Of a stretch of DNA of 64,000 nucleotides, positions 20,375 through 31,842 are shown in pieces. How positions within the stretch are numbered: the first letter of the stretch is position 1; every line of letters begins with the position of its first letter. This stretch comes from an uncultured bacterium (GTDB lineage Bacteria; Oederibacteriota; JAAXVQ01; JAUVAV01), in contig CAVQBK010000013.1 in the NCBI GenBank assembly GCA_963710755.1, positions 384,001 through 448,000 of the forward strand, written 5' to 3'. A program made the position numbers and the translations under genes. A model generated the notes under the pieces. That model saw only the letters and a program-made list of their open reading frames with translations. It did no database searches and was not told the origin of the DNA.

Positions 20375-23098
20375 TCACTTCCCGCTATCCCCGGGCAAGG
20401 CCGGGCCGGCCACAGAAATCAGCCACTCCTGAGGATGAAGATAGCGTTGCGCAGCCTGCACCATATCCTTATAAGTCACAGCTTCAACGCTCTTGGGATA
20501 GGTGGTGAGGTAATCCCAGCCCAAATGATAATAGGCAATCTCGCGGTTGAGAAAAGCCAAGCCGTTGTTGGTTTCCAGGTGGATCACAAGCTGACCGGCC
20601 AGTTGGCTTTGGCTGTCTTGCAATTGCTGTTTGGATAATTTCGCCTCCTGCAGCTGCTTCACTTCTTCCTTGGTTAGGGCAATGGCCTGATCCACGCTTT
20701 TGGGGTCGGATTGGAACACCACCACCCAGGGCCGCTGGCCTTTGGATATTTTTAAGTAGGAATAGATGCCATAGCTAAGACCATGCTGATCACGCACGAC
20801 CCGCATAAGCTGGCTGGACAAGCCTGCCCCGCCCAGCACCTGGTTGGCCACCAAAAGGTTATAATAGTCCGGATCAAGCCGGCTGAGGCCTTCCTGCCCC
20901 AGTACGGCCATGCTTTCATGCTTGCCCTCCATGATTGTCAAATGACGTTCGGTTTTAGTCACTTTGGCCATATTAATCTCAGCCGTGGGCTGCGCCGAAC
21001 CCCGCTTCCAAGTTGAAAACAACTTTCTGGTCAAAGTCTTAACCACTTCCGGATCAAAGGCCCCGCTGATAGAAATAATGGTCCGTTCCGGTGTGATCAT
21101 ACGCCGGTGATAGGCCAGGAGGTCGTTTCGCGTAATCCCGGGAAGACCGGCGGCCGCGGTCAGGATGGAGCGCCGCATGGGATGACCCGCTGGATAAGCC
21201 AGATCATAAAACCCCTGCCATGCCTGCAGATTGGCGTTGTCCTCGGCCAACCGGCATTGGGCCAATAACTTTTCCCGAGCTTTGCTTAGTTCCTGCTTGG
21301 GAAAGACGGGAGCCATCAGACAATCAGCCAACGAGGTCATGAGCAACTTCAAATCGTCCGACAAGGCTTCGCCGTCAATATTCAAATATTCCAGTTGCGC
21401 CTGAAAGGTAAGGTCTGCGCCTTTGAATTCCAGCGCCTCGGCTAATTGATCGGCGCTCTGGCGGCTGGTACCCTTGGTAAGCATACGGCTGTGCAACAGG
21501 GCCAGCCCAGGTTTGTCGGCCGGCTCGTTGATCATGCCGGCATCCACCAGGCCCGAGATGACCAGCATGGGATTGCTGGGATTAACCTGCATGATGATGG
21601 TCAGGCCATTGGGCAGCACTAACTGTTTGCGCAGCGCGGTTTCGATAAACGCCGGATGACTTTGGGGTTGGCCACCCTGGCTCGCTCCGGGTATCCCTGT
21701 ATCGCGAAGGCTGTTTTGAAGAGGGCGCTGATAATGTTCCACCACACCGGCGTCGGGCAACACCGTACCTGCCCCGGCCGTAGGGGTGAGGGGAATAAAC
21801 TTGCCCATGGTCATAGTCGCCTGGGTCAGATAGGTTTGGGCTGCAGATTGAATTTGGGCCCGGGTCACTGCGGCCACTTTTTCGGGATAGGTATCAGCCC
21901 GCTCATAGTCACCAGCCACGGTTTCATAAAAGCCCAGCATCATGGCCTGGTCGGTCAGGCTGTCTTTGGCATACACGAATTGGGCCTTGGTCTTGTTGAC
22001 CACCCGCTGAAATTCTTCTTTTGTCAGCAGGCTTGTTTTGATTTTTTCAAATTCACTGAACAAGACTTTCTCAATGGCCTCCAGTGATGTTGGCGGCGTG
22101 GCCACCACGGAAAAAGACCAAACACCTTTGTCCACCATCTCCAGAGGATTGGCGGATACATTGCTGGCCATGCCTGTCTCCACCAAGGCCTTGTACAGCC
22201 GCGAGGTATGACCTGTGACCAGCGCCTCGTTGAGCAAGGTCAGGGCATAATGGGCATCACTGGTGGCAGGAGGAATTTTAAAATTAAAGCGCAACATCTT
22301 GGCCGGGCCGTTGTCATGCATCTCCAGCCGGACGTTCTGTGCATCCAGTTCTTCGAGAAACGTCATGGCCGGCGGTTGAGGTCCCCGGGGAATGGGCCCG
22401 AAATATTGTTTGATTTGTTTGAGCACGCTGTTCTTGGTCACATCCCCCACAATAACCAAGGTGGCGTTGTTGGGTTGATAAAAGTGATCATAAAAAGCTT
22501 TTAATTGGGCGGCGGTCAACTTGGCCACTTCATTTTTCCAACCGATTACCGGCCGCCGGTAAGGGTGGTTTTCCCAGGTATGGGCATTGACCAATTCGCG
22601 CAGCCGCACCTGAGGATGGTTGCGATTGCCGTCCAACTCGGAAAGAATAACGGTTTTTTCCGAGGCCACTTCTTTAACCTCAAGCAAGGCATGTCGCATG
22701 CGGTCTGATTCAATGTCCAGTGCCAAATTCAGCGCTGATTTGGGAACGGTTTCATAATAAGCGGTGTAGTCATAACTGGTGAAGGCGTTTTGCTGGCCAC
22801 CGGTACGGCCCACCAGACGGGCGATCTCGCCTTTGCCGAATTTCTTGCTACCCTTGAACATCATGTGCTCCAGAAAGTGAGCCAGTCCCGACTGTCCGGC
22901 CGGTTCATTACGGGCGCCAACTTTGTACCACACAAAAACCGAGACCACCGGTGCGGTGGGTACCGGTTTGATGATTACTTTCAATCCGTTTTTCAGGGTC
23001 AATGATTCAATAGTATTTTGCATGGCCGCCTCGCTTTTAGTTGAACTTATGATCAGGGCCAGCACAAAGGCCATGATCAAGGTTATGATTTTTTTCAT
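20375..23098 (-). CDS. Secreted M16 (pitrilysin/PqqL-like) zinc protease with fused halves
   Basis: GLAHFLEHMMFKGS (HxxEH), NAFTSYDYTAY, FYQPNNA; the second half lacks HxxEH but has VRDQHGLSY. Confidence 0.92.
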   Translation of the reverse strand: MKKIITLIMAFVLALIISSTKSEAAMQNTIESLTLKNGLKVIIKPVPTAPVVSVFVWYKVGARNEPAGQSGLAHFLEHMMFKGSKKFGKGEIARLVGRTGGQQNAFTSYDYTAYYETVPKSALNLALDIESDRMRHALLEVKEVASEKTVILSELDGNRNHPQVRLRELVNAHTWENHPYRRPVIGWKNEVAKLTAAQLKAFYDHFYQPNNATLVIVGDVTKNSVLKQIKQYFGPIPRGPQPPAMTFLEELDAQNVRLEMHDNGPAKMLRFNFKIPPATSDAHYALTLLNEALVTGHTSRLYKALVETGMASNVSANPLEMVDKGVWSFSVVATPPTSLEAIEKVLFSEFEKIKTSLLTKEEFQRVVNKTKAQFVYAKDSLTDQAMMLGFYETVAGDYERADTYPEKVAAVTRAQIQSAAQTYLTQATMTMGKFIPLTPTAGAGTVLPDAGVVEHYQRPLQNSLRDTGIPGASQGGQPQSHPAFIETALRKQLVLPNGLTIIMQVNPSNPMLVISGLVDAGMINEPADKPGLALLHSRMLTKGTSRQSADQLAEALEFKGADLTFQAQLEYLNIDGEALSDDLKLLMTSLADCLMAPVFPKQELSKAREKLLAQCRLAEDNANLQAWQGFYDLAYPAGHPMRRSILTAAAGLPGITRNDLLAYHRRMITPERTIISISGAFDPEVVKTLTRKLFSTWKRGSAQPTAEINMAKVTKTERHLTIMEGKHESMAVLGQEGLSRLDPDYYNLLVANQVLGGAGLSSQLMRVVRDQHGLSYGIYSYLKISKGQRPWVVVFQSDPKSVDQAIALTKEEVKQLQEAKLSKQQLQDSQSQLAGQLVIHLETNNGLAFLNREIAYYHLGWDYLTTYPKSVEAVTYKDMVQAAQRYLHPQEWLISVAGPALPGDSGK

Positions 23099-23233
23099 CA
23101 ATTTTCTCCTAATTGTAGTGATATCTCAGCTTTCCAGGAAAGAACAGAAACAGCCTCGTTGTCCCTATTTAGCTTCTTTATCCCCGGTATCTACGTTTTT
23201 CGGGTAGATACGGGGCTTTCCCTCCAACCCTGG

Positions 23234-23265
23234 TTGCAGAGAACGGTCGCGACTGTTCCCTGCAA
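23234..23265. repeat. REP-like palindrome, degenerate copy
   Basis: TTGCAGAGAACGGTCGCGACTGTTCCCTGCAA; a second GTAG-containing hairpin lies at 23182-23215. Confidence 0.75.
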
Positions 23266-23359
23266 ACGAAAAGAAGGATACAAAAAGCCGCAGAGCTACG
23301 CGGCCATGCTTTATTTCCGGCTTTGCATAAGCCATAGCCTTTATTTCAGGCTCTCCGGC

Positions 23360-24682
23360 TCAGGAAATGAGGTTAAGCTGAGGCGCTGAAAGCGTTCTCT
23401 TTTGAGCGCCGTTTTTTTCCTGGTCGGTAAATAAGCCTATCTTCCCGTAAACCCCATCATACCCGGGTTGAGCTTGCACCTGGCCCTGGCGCACCCGCTG
23501 CACGGCCTCGCGAATGCGGCTGCTGCTCAAAGCTTCAATGTCATTTAAAGGCGTGCGAATCAGCAATTCCAATTCACCGAGGTCATGGTCCAGCATGCGG
23601 TCCAATTGCAATTGGACTGCTTTGGACGCCGGCCGTTTGCCCATGGCTTCTGCGATTACTTCATCCAAAGGCACAAGATGCACACTGGGTAATGCAGCCT
23701 TAGGCCGATAACCTTCCGGACGATCGGCCAGCATTTCCAGGCGTGAGGCCACACCATTGGTCAGCGGGCGGTGGCAAACGGGACAGAGTCCTTCCAATTT
23801 CAAAAAATCAGCCGGTGAAACGGGCATCTTGCAGTTACTATGGCCGGGCCAATGGTACTTGCCTTCCTCCGGAAAAAATTCCACGGTGAACCGAAGCGTT
23901 GACTTGGCTTTTTCCCGCAAACTCATGCGCAATTTTTCCCAGGTCAAGGGATGGCTGAAAGCATTGCATTCCCTGCCCACCTTGGCCGGCGAATGAGCAT
24001 CGGAATTGGAGATAATGGTATAAGGATCAAGCTGGGATAAACGCCAATTCATTTCCGGATCTGACGACAACCCGGTTTCAATGGCGCTGATCATGTCCAG
24101 CTCCTCTTCAAAACATTCCTCCAAACTGTCAAAGCCCGATTTTTCGCCCAGCACGGAAAACCAAGGGGTCCAGATGTGGGCTGGAACCATAAGGGTGTGA
24201 TCATCAATATCGCGCACTAAGCGTACCAAGCCTTTTGCCGGCAAGCCCAGAATAGGACGACCGTCGGAAGCAATATTACCGCGCCGCGCCAGGGCGCGGT
24301 TGATTTCCTGGGCGCTTTCCAGAGAGCGTGCAATGGTGAGCATGTGTACCCGTCTGGTCTTGCCGCTTTGTTTATAAATATGTGAGGTCTCCACGGTAGG
24401 CACAAACAAGACACTGTCATCATAGCCGCGCACCTGGTAAAACCCGCTGGCATGAGGCTCCAGGTGGTCTTTTAATTCCTGAAAGTATTGGGGATGAGTA
24501 AAGTCACCGGTTCCCATGAGGCCTATGCCTTTGCGTTTGGCCCAATAATGCAGCGAGACGACGTCCATTTGCGGTGAGGTGGCCCGGGAATATTTGGAGT
24601 GAATGTGAAGATCCGCGAAGACCAGTTTTTCCCGGCCCAGCGCCAAGTCTTTAACGCAACCATAACGGTTCATTATTGTCAT
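23360..24682 (-). CDS. Endonuclease Q-family (PHP domain, TIGR00375-like) protein
   Basis: ADLHIHSKYSRATS, GTGDFTHP, DGRPILG, PAHIWTPWFS, ETGLSSDP, SNSDAHS, EEGKYH, CPVC, PGYDGVYG. Confidence 0.88.
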   Translation of the reverse strand: MTIMNRYGCVKDLALGREKLVFADLHIHSKYSRATSPQMDVVSLHYWAKRKGIGLMGTGDFTHPQYFQELKDHLEPHASGFYQVRGYDDSVLFVPTVETSHIYKQSGKTRRVHMLTIARSLESAQEINRALARRGNIASDGRPILGLPAKGLVRLVRDIDDHTLMVPAHIWTPWFSVLGEKSGFDSLEECFEEELDMISAIETGLSSDPEMNWRLSQLDPYTIISNSDAHSPAKVGRECNAFSHPLTWEKLRMSLREKAKSTLRFTVEFFPEEGKYHWPGHSNCKMPVSPADFLKLEGLCPVCHRPLTNGVASRLEMLADRPEGYRPKAALPSVHLVPLDEVIAEAMGKRPASKAVQLQLDRMLDHDLGELELLIRTPLNDIEALSSSRIREAVQRVRQGQVQAQPGYDGVYGKIGLFTDQEKNGAQKRTLSAPQLNLIS

Positions 24683-24717
24683 AAGAGCAAACCAAAACTT
24701 TCCTCTTCACCAATAGC

Positions 24718-25146
24718 TTAATTGACTGACGATTGCTGAAGATAGGGTTGATAGATTTTTTTATACCACAGGATGATGGCCTTGGCGATGGCGAAAAAAC
24801 CGGCTGCCCCGTAGGCGATGACTACGATCAAGGTGGAAATTTGAGCTATTTTAAAACTCATTTCGTTGCTGATAAATTTAAAGAAATATTTCTTTAACAG
24901 GGGCATGAGCCACCACGACCATAGCAGGATCCAGGTCCAACCGCCCCACAGATACCCAAAGAAGCGTTTGAGCAAGGACGTGGGCGCATCGGGCAGCTTA
25001 CCTACGCCCAACAGGTAGTACATGCCTTTGGCGCTGCCTTTCAGCCAGTCCACAAACGCGGTCCGCCATACCAGCACGACCATCACGGCCAGATACAACC
25101 AGATCAATATGGAAATCCCGTAATAGAATCCATCCCAAAAGGACAT
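24718..25146 (-). CDS. Hypothetical membrane protein (about 3 TM)
   Basis: TAAGGAG RBS before ATG 25146; hydrophobic and Trp-rich. Confidence 0.6.
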   Translation of the reverse strand: MSFWDGFYYGISILIWLYLAVMVVLVWRTAFVDWLKGSAKGMYYLLGVGKLPDAPTSLLKRFFGYLWGGWTWILLWSWWLMPLLKKYFFKFISNEMSFKIAQISTLIVVIAYGAAGFFAIAKAIILWYKKIYQPYLQQSSVN

Positions 25147-25210
25147 GATCAAACTCCTTATTTAAAATCACCGCAACTGTTTTGTGAAGAGACGCCCACT
25201 ATGGACCACG

Positions 25211-26188
25211 CTATAGAATCCCGTAAAAATCCGCCTGACATTTCGGACAATGATTGCCCTTAACATGAATATTCAAAATCCGGTAGCCGTGCCGTTCAAT
25301 CAGCAACTGGCCGCATTGGGCACAAAAGGTATTACCCTCGTCCCCGGGAATATTGCCCAGGTAAACCCACTTCAAATATTTTTTCGCAACCTCATAAGCC
25401 TGATGCATGAAGTCCACGTCCGTGGCCGCTTGGTCGTAATGGTATTGGGGATAATAGCGGGTTAAATGCAGTGGAATCGACGGCGAACAGGAGGCCAGCC
25501 ACTGCGCCAATTCCCGTACCTCATCAAGGGAGTGACGGGGGTCGGTCACCATCAAATGGGTGACTTCCACATGGCTGCTTTGGCTGACCCGCTTAATAGT
25601 GGCCTTCACCGGCTCCACTTGGCCGTGGCAGACCTCACGGTAAAAGCTGTCCTCCATGGATTTAAGGTCAATGTTCCAGGCATCGATCAAGGGAATAAGG
25701 TCCTCCAACGGACCTGGATTTATGTAGCCATTGCTGACCATGACATTGATCAGGCCTTTGGCCTTTATTTTCCTGGCGCAATCCAGGATATATTCAATAT
25801 TAATGATTGGTTCATTGTAGGTATAAGCCACCCCGCAGCTGTCAATAGCCGCGGCCTTTTGCGCCACCTCTTCGGGCAGCACTTCCATGGTGTCCGGGAT
25901 GACCTGGGAGATGTCCCAGTTTTGGCAAAAATCGCATTTAAAATTACAGCCACCCGATCCCAACGACAAGATAGCCCGGCCAGGTTTGACATGATAAAGA
26001 GGTTTTTTCTCGATAGGATCAAGATGACAAGCCGTCACCCGGCCGTACATGCTGGCCAGCAGCCGACCCTGGCGGTTTAAGCGGGCCTGGCATACCCCGG
26101 CTTTGCCCTCCTGGATAAGGCAATTCCAAGGGCAAAGGTCGCATCTAAGGCCGTGCGCTTCGGCATGCCAATACCGGGCTTCCTGCAT
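25211..26188 (-). CDS. amrS: AmmeMemoRadiSam system radical SAM enzyme
   Basis: CDLCPWNC, DPIEKKPLYH, GCNFKCDFCQNWDISQ, AYTYNEP, NIDLK, VYLGNI, C-terminal CxxC pairs. Confidence 0.92.
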   Translation of the reverse strand: MQEARYWHAEAHGLRCDLCPWNCLIQEGKAGVCQARLNRQGRLLASMYGRVTACHLDPIEKKPLYHVKPGRAILSLGSGGCNFKCDFCQNWDISQVIPDTMEVLPEEVAQKAAAIDSCGVAYTYNEPIINIEYILDCARKIKAKGLINVMVSNGYINPGPLEDLIPLIDAWNIDLKSMEDSFYREVCHGQVEPVKATIKRVSQSSHVEVTHLMVTDPRHSLDEVRELAQWLASCSPSIPLHLTRYYPQYHYDQAATDVDFMHQAYEVAKKYLKWVYLGNIPGDEGNTFCAQCGQLLIERHGYRILNIHVKGNHCPKCQADFYGIL

Positions 26189-26192
26189 GGGC

Positions 26193-26663
26193 TTATCCTT
26201 TGTTCATGGTTTGTTCCGCTAATATAATCTTCAATTCATCCATAAAGGCATTGATATCCTTAAACTGGCGGTACACGGAGGCAAATCGCACATAGGCCAC
26301 TTCGTCCATCTCGGCCAGTCTGCGCATGACCAGTTCCCCGATTTCATTGGCCTGGATTTCTTTTTCCATGCGGTTTTGGATAACTTTTTCAATTTCATCC
26401 ACCGCGGCTTCCAACTGTTCCGTGGAAATTGGTCTTTTTTCACAGGCTTTACGCATACCGGACACAATTTTAAAGCGGTCGAAAGGTTCACGGCGGTTGT
26501 CTTTCTTAACCACCATGGGCAGCACTTCCTCTACCTGTTCATAGGTGGTAAAGCGTTTGGTGCACTGCAGGCATTCCCGGCGGCGGCGGATGGCCAAGCC
26601 GTTTTTACTGGTGCGCGAATCCACCACTTTATCTTCCTGGTAACCGCAAAATGGGCATTTCAT
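26193..26663 (-). CDS. nrdR: Transcriptional repressor NrdR
   Basis: MKCPFC...VVDSR...RRRREC..C..RFTTYE; ATP-cone; [10 protein letters not shown]. Confidence 0.97.
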   Translation of the reverse strand: MKCPFCGYQEDKVVDSRTSKNGLAIRRRRECLQCTKRFTTYEQVEEVLPMVVKKDNRREPFDRFKIVSGMRKACEKRPISTEQLEAAVDEIEKVIQNRMEKEIQANEIGELVMRRLAEMDEVAYVRFASVYRQFKDINAFMDELKIILAEQTMNKG

Positions 26664-26664
26664 A

Positions 26665-28926
26665 CTAGGGCTTTCCTCCTTGTAGGCGTGCGATACGTTG
26701 TTCCAATTCAGCCACCCGCCTAGAATGCGGCGCCTGGCTGATGATGGTTTGATACTCGCGAACCGCCAGTTCCGCCCGGCCCAGACGTTCCAGTATCAAG
26801 CCTTTATTATAGCGGGCTTCAAGATTTCCTGGTTGCAAGGACAGGGATTCATCAAAAGCCTGCAGCGCCCCTTCCAGCTCATTAAAGCGCACCCGCACGA
26901 TACCCAAATTACTGAGCGTTGAGGCCCGGGTTAAAATATCGCCGCGCCAATTTTTTTCAGAAGCCAAAGTCAGGTTGCGTTTGGCTTTTTGCATATTGTT
27001 TTCCATCAACCCCACATACCCCAGATAGGCATAGGGCATGGCAAAATCAGGAAACAATTCAATCAGGTGCCGGGCTGTTTTTTCCACTTTGTCCCATTGG
27101 TGCAATGATATCAGAACCGAGGCCAGATCCAAATTAAAATACGCATTATAAGGATCAAGGGTTACGGCTTCTTGACAGGCCTTTTCTGCATCCTGCAGTT
27201 TTTGCTTATCCAACAGCTCTCCCCAATACTTGTACACCCTTCCCAGATTGTTATAGTTGTAGCCGTTGAGCGGATTCATGGCCAAGGTGTGGAGATGGAT
27301 GGCTTCGGCTTTGCGCAGGTAGGATAGTTTGTCGGAGGCCTGTTTGGCCATCCCTTCCAGGGCAATGCCTTCTTTCACCCAATAAATTTCCCGCCAGGGA
27401 TTGATAGCCACAGCCCGGTGCAGATCAGGCAGGGACCGCTCCACCTGTCCCTGAGTCATAAGGATAATACCCCGCTTGAAAAACACATCGGCAGACCACA
27501 ACCGCAGCGACCAGAACATTAATCCAACTGCTGCCACTACCGCCGAGCCCACCAGAACCCACTGCCGGGCAGACCATTGGCCGGGCAGCAGGGGCTTATC
27601 CGGCGTCAGGCGCACCGGATCCTCTTGACGGCTTAACGCCGGCCCTAAAGCGAGAAAGAACCAGAACAGAGCTCCGTAAGCCACCACGGTAAAGTTGAAT
27701 TGGTTCTGCACCAAAAAGCCTATTTGGGCCAAGGCAATGGCTGCGGCCAGATGGCGACGGTTCCCTTCCAAGTGGCGCAATTGCTTATAGACAATGGCAA
27801 AATAGGTAATCAGCAGCCACAGCCAGGCGCCGAGTCCCAGCAGGCCGGTGGTGGCGCCGATTTGCAGAAAGAAGTTGTGCGCTTTTTCCGGAGTGCCGTT
27901 CCATTCCAATTCCCAATATAAGGGTAGCCGGTACTTGGGAAAGGTGATTTGGAACGTATCCAACCCGCTGCCCCATAGAGGCTTATCCTTAATCATTTTC
28001 AAGGCACTTTTCCAGATGTAAAGGCGGGGCGTCATTTTAATTTCCGATACCTTGAGGGTGGCCAGGGTACGGTGGACAGTGGTTTTTACGGTCTGCCTGA
28101 CCTGAGGCGCCAGCAGAGTTAAGCAGGCCATGACGGCAAAAACTATCAGCCAGCGTTTGTTTTCGCGCGCCAGACGTCCTGAACGCAGGTGGTCATAAAT
28201 CAAATAAGCGCCAAAGGCCAGCATTTCCACGGCCAGGCCATAAACAGCGCCTCGGCTTTTGGTAAAAAAAATGGCCACGGCCATGGTCACGGTCATCAAC
28301 AAAAAAAGTAACTTAGAGGAGACGCGCTGATTGATAATGAAAAACATCCAGGCAATAGGCAGAGTCATCAGGCCGTAAGCTGCCAAAAAATTGGGATTGC
28401 CCAGGGACCCGAACATGCGGCTGGCCGAATAGGTGGTGGGATTCCATCGAATAAAATCGATGCCATAATTTTGCGCAATGCCATAAGCCGTGGCCAAGGT
28501 TCCGGCAATGACCACCATGTACAGATATTTTTTAACGTCCTGAAACGTGGTGGTGGTTTGGTGCACCAATACCCAAAGCATAAGGTAAGCGGCAATGATG
28601 ATAATGCCTTCGTAATCTTCATAAACCCCAAACACACTGGTGAGTATATTGTTGCTCAGGAGCGTGGACAACAGCGCGCTCAGACCCACCGCCGCCATCG
28701 GCGCCCAAAGCGGTGAGGGCCGCCACCTCCAGCCATGATTGACCGTTTTGTAAACAAGCAAGGCCGCAAAGGCCGGCAGCAGCAGCAATTGAAACGACGT
28801 AACTTTGTTCATCTCAAACACATCATGGGTGCGGATGTAAAATATCAGCGGCACGATAAAGATCATGGCCAAGAGCGAGAGCCTAATGGTTTTTTCCAAG
28901 GTGAGGTTTAATTGATTGACGGTCAT
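26665..28926 (-). CDS. O-antigen ligase/oligosaccharyltransferase-family membrane protein with C-terminal TPRs
   Basis: [38 protein letters not shown]; TPR-like helices at the C-terminus. Confidence 0.88.
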   Translation of the reverse strand: MTVNQLNLTLEKTIRLSLLAMIFIVPLIFYIRTHDVFEMNKVTSFQLLLLPAFAALLVYKTVNHGWRWRPSPLWAPMAAVGLSALLSTLLSNNILTSVFGVYEDYEGIIIIAAYLMLWVLVHQTTTTFQDVKKYLYMVVIAGTLATAYGIAQNYGIDFIRWNPTTYSASRMFGSLGNPNFLAAYGLMTLPIAWMFFIINQRVSSKLLFLLMTVTMAVAIFFTKSRGAVYGLAVEMLAFGAYLIYDHLRSGRLARENKRWLIVFAVMACLTLLAPQVRQTVKTTVHRTLATLKVSEIKMTPRLYIWKSALKMIKDKPLWGSGLDTFQITFPKYRLPLYWELEWNGTPEKAHNFFLQIGATTGLLGLGAWLWLLITYFAIVYKQLRHLEGNRRHLAAAIALAQIGFLVQNQFNFTVVAYGALFWFFLALGPALSRQEDPVRLTPDKPLLPGQWSARQWVLVGSAVVAAVGLMFWSLRLWSADVFFKRGIILMTQGQVERSLPDLHRAVAINPWREIYWVKEGIALEGMAKQASDKLSYLRKAEAIHLHTLAMNPLNGYNYNNLGRVYKYWGELLDKQKLQDAEKACQEAVTLDPYNAYFNLDLASVLISLHQWDKVEKTARHLIELFPDFAMPYAYLGYVGLMENNMQKAKRNLTLASEKNWRGDILTRASTLSNLGIVRVRFNELEGALQAFDESLSLQPGNLEARYNKGLILERLGRAELAVREYQTIISQAPHSRRVAELEQRIARLQGGKP

Positions 28927-28980
28927 TTAAAACTCCTATGCAGGGTAACCCCCGGCGGACTTAATCATGTAAAAACGACA

Positions 28981-30117
28981 TCAGCTTCGGAAAGGCCGCG
29001 GTCGCCGGGGTTGATGCCCGCTGATCCACAAAAGCGCCGCCTCGATACGCGCGGCCGCCCGGCCATCTCCAAAAGGACAGACTTTCCGGCCTGGTCGGCC
29101 CGTAGGCTTGAGCAGCGCCAGAGCCTGGCGCTTGATGGCTTCCCGCGCCGGCGGCACGAGCACCGCTCCAGCACTAATGGCCTCAGGCCGTTCGGTAACA
29201 TGACGGCATATTATGGTGCGGATGCCCAGGGCCGTGGCTTCTTCCTGAATGCCGCCGGAATCGGTTATGACCAAGCGGGCATGGGCCAGCAAATTGACGA
29301 AAACATTATAAGCCATGGGCGCCTGCAGACCTAGATTTTTCAAAGGTTTTTTAAAAACCATTTGTACGGCCTGTCGCACACTGGGATTGGGATGGACGGG
29401 GAAAATAAACCCCAGCTCCGGGTTGAGCCGGGCCAGATCCAGAATAGCTTGAAGCATGGCTTTGAGCTCAGGTCCAAAACTTTCCCGGCGGTGCAGGGTG
29501 ATGATTACATAGTCCTCAAATTGGTTAGTCCAGGGCCGATGGTCAAATCCGGTCTTAACCGTGGCCTGCAGTGCATCCACCACTGTATTGCCGGTTACAA
29601 AAATGTTCTGTTTGGCCACACCCTCCTCAAGCAGGTGCTGAGCTGCGCCGGAGGTAGGTGCAAAATGCCAGGACGCCAGCAGACTGATCGTGCGGCGATG
29701 CATTTCTTCGGGAAACGGGTTCATGGGTTGATAGGTGCGCAGCCCTGCCTCCAGATGGCCCACAGGAATTTTCTCATAAAAGCCGGCCCAGGCGCCGGCC
29801 AAGGCTGTGCTGGTATCCCCTTGCACCATGACCAAATGAGGCCTGCGCGCCTTAATCAGGGGGGCTAATTTTTCCAAAGCTGCTGCCGTAAACGCTGCCG
29901 GCGTAGACTTGGAAGCCATTAAATGTAAATGGTCATCAGGTGTCATCGCCCAGTGGGCGAGCATGGGCTCCAACAAATCCCGGTGCTGACCGGTTGTCAC
30001 CACGGTGGTTTTGAAATGGGAAGACCGGGCTTTAAGGGCTTGGATCACGGGCGCGCACTTAATCACTTCCGGTCTGGTACCCATAATCACCAGAACATGG
30101 TATCGGTTCACAACCAT
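28981..30117 (-). CDS. wecB: UDP-N-acetylglucosamine 2-epimerase (non-hydrolysing)
   Basis: GTRPEVIK, TGQH, VQGDT, HLEAGLRT, PFPEE, TGNTVVDAL, TLHRRE, TDSGGIQEEA. Confidence 0.95.
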   Translation of the reverse strand: MVVNRYHVLVIMGTRPEVIKCAPVIQALKARSSHFKTTVVTTGQHRDLLEPMLAHWAMTPDDHLHLMASKSTPAAFTAAALEKLAPLIKARRPHLVMVQGDTSTALAGAWAGFYEKIPVGHLEAGLRTYQPMNPFPEEMHRRTISLLASWHFAPTSGAAQHLLEEGVAKQNIFVTGNTVVDALQATVKTGFDHRPWTNQFEDYVIITLHRRESFGPELKAMLQAILDLARLNPELGFIFPVHPNPSVRQAVQMVFKKPLKNLGLQAPMAYNVFVNLLAHARLVITDSGGIQEEATALGIRTIICRHVTERPEAISAGAVLVPPAREAIKRQALALLKPTGRPGRKVCPFGDGRAAARIEAALLWISGHQPRRPRPFRS

Positions 30118-31151
30118 AATAACCCCAATCCCAGCGCCGACAAGAAAATGGAAATCATATTGATGAAGGCTACAGTCGCGGTCTTGGTGAATCCCCGCTT
30201 TTGCAGCTCATGGTGCCAGTGCCGGTTGTCAGCCTTGGAAATTGGTTCTCCCCGCCGCCAGCGTCTGAAAATAACCTGCACTGTATCCAACATGGGCCAG
30301 GCTAATATTAAAATCACCGTCCACGGTGCCGCGGCGGTGGGCGCCTGCCCCATAATTAAGATGCCTGCCAAACACAAGGTAAACCCGAACAGGCTGGACC
30401 CGGCATCACCTAAAAACAAACCGGCAGGCCAACGGTTGAAACGGTAAAACCCCAGGGCAGCGCCGGCACTGGCTGAAGCGATCAATGCCCCCAAGCGGCT
30501 TTGATAAGCGGCCAATAAGTTATCACTCTGCGCAGCGGCCACTACCCCGCCAATGCTCAAGGCCAAGCCGGCGATAAAGGTTTGACTGGCGGCCAGACCG
30601 TCTACCCCATCGATAAAATTAAAGGCATTAACCATGAAAAGCATCCACAGACAACTTAACATGAGACCAGCCAGAGGCCAGAGCCAAATAACCCCCTCCG
30701 AACCGGGGGCTCGGAACCCATGGAAATAAAAACCGGCAAAGACGACCAGCAAAACCGCTACAATTTGGGTGAGAAGCTTAACTTTGGGCGGTAAGACCAT
30801 CTTATCATCCACCAGGCCGGCCACGGTAATGATGAGAAACGCCAGGCCCACGATCCACAGCCTCTGACCCAGAAAGTCGCCGTGATAGCTCAACCAGAGC
30901 TGGACCTGTGGCAAACGAACTGCCATTAGCCAGGCGGTCGTCAAGCCCAAGGCCACGGCCAGGCCGCCCCATAAGGGCACCAACCGACGGTGGCGTTTGC
31001 GCTTGCGGTCCGGCTTATCGATTACATCATAATGGCGGGCCAGACGTTTAACCCAGGGGGTGGTCAAAAAGGTGATCACCCCGGCCGTGGCCATGATGAT
31101 CAGGTTGGTCAGCATAAGGATCCCCTGACTGGGAAGATCACTTCCCTTCAA
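30108..31151 (-). CDS. Undecaprenyl-phosphate GlcNAc-1-phosphate transferase (WecA/TagO, MraY family)
   Basis: [36 protein letters not shown]. Confidence 0.88.
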   Translation of the reverse strand: MKGSDLPSQGILMLTNLIIMATAGVITFLTTPWVKRLARHYDVIDKPDRKRKRHRRLVPLWGGLAVALGLTTAWLMAVRLPQVQLWLSYHGDFLGQRLWIVGLAFLIITVAGLVDDKMVLPPKVKLLTQIVAVLLVVFAGFYFHGFRAPGSEGVIWLWPLAGLMLSCLWMLFMVNAFNFIDGVDGLAASQTFIAGLALSIGGVVAAAQSDNLLAAYQSRLGALIASASAGAALGFYRFNRWPAGLFLGDAGSSLFGFTLCLAGILIMGQAPTAAAPWTVILILAWPMLDTVQVIFRRWRRGEPISKADNRHWHHELQKRGFTKTATVAFINMISIFLSALGLGLLWL

Positions 31152-31629
31152 GCTGTTCGAAATGCACCAGGGCCACGCCGGCCTCTTCCAGCATTTCCAG
31201 GGATAATTGATCGGGGTAATGGCCTTCGTAAATTATTTTCTTGATACCGGCATTGATGATCATCTTGGTGCAGATCACACAGGGTTGGGTGGTGCAATAG
31301 AGCGTGGCACCGGCAATGGAACTGCCGTGGACGGCAGCTTGAATAATGGCATTTTGTTCACCATGCAGGCCGCGGCAGATTTCATGCCGTTCCCCTGAGG
31401 GAATATTGAGCTTGCTTCTCAAGCATCCCACCTCAGCACAGTGTCTGAGGCCCTTGGGTGGTCCATTATAGCCGGTGGCGATGATATGTTTATCTTTAAC
31501 CAATATAGCGCCCACCGACCGCCGGGTACAGGTGGAGCGCTTGGCTACGACCTTGGTAATCTCCATAAAATAGTGATCCCAACTGGGACGTTGGTTCCCG
31601 GGTTGAGGTTGGTTTGCTGCTGTTGTCAT
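31138..31629 (-). CDS. dCMP deaminase (ComEB-like)
   Basis: [37 protein letters not shown]. Confidence 0.92.
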   Translation of the reverse strand: MTTAANQPQPGNQRPSWDHYFMEITKVVAKRSTCTRRSVGAILVKDKHIIATGYNGPPKGLRHCAEVGCLRSKLNIPSGERHEICRGLHGEQNAIIQAAVHGSSIAGATLYCTTQPCVICTKMIINAGIKKIIYEGHYPDQLSLEMLEEAGVALVHFEQLEGK

Positions 31630-31842
31630 TAGATTCTATGTCTCCAAGATCTAGGTTTTTTGCGCAGCCGGCGGCGTCCCTACATAATAATATCTTAACC
31701 GGTCGGGCTAGATAATTTTTTCCGGCTGTGCCCTTACGTCAAAGAAGATCGCAAAGAAGGACAAACCCTAGGCAACAAAACTTTAACTTTGCGTCCTTTG
31801 CGGCTTGCCATGAAAAATAATATTTTTTCCCGCTTTGCCAGT

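Noticed and set aside
31770-31812. Possible c-di-GMP-I riboswitch (minus-strand GGCAAGCCGCAAAGGACGCAAAG)
   Set aside because: The P2 stem is too short and there is no P3/GGTCTAA; better explained as a repeat element.
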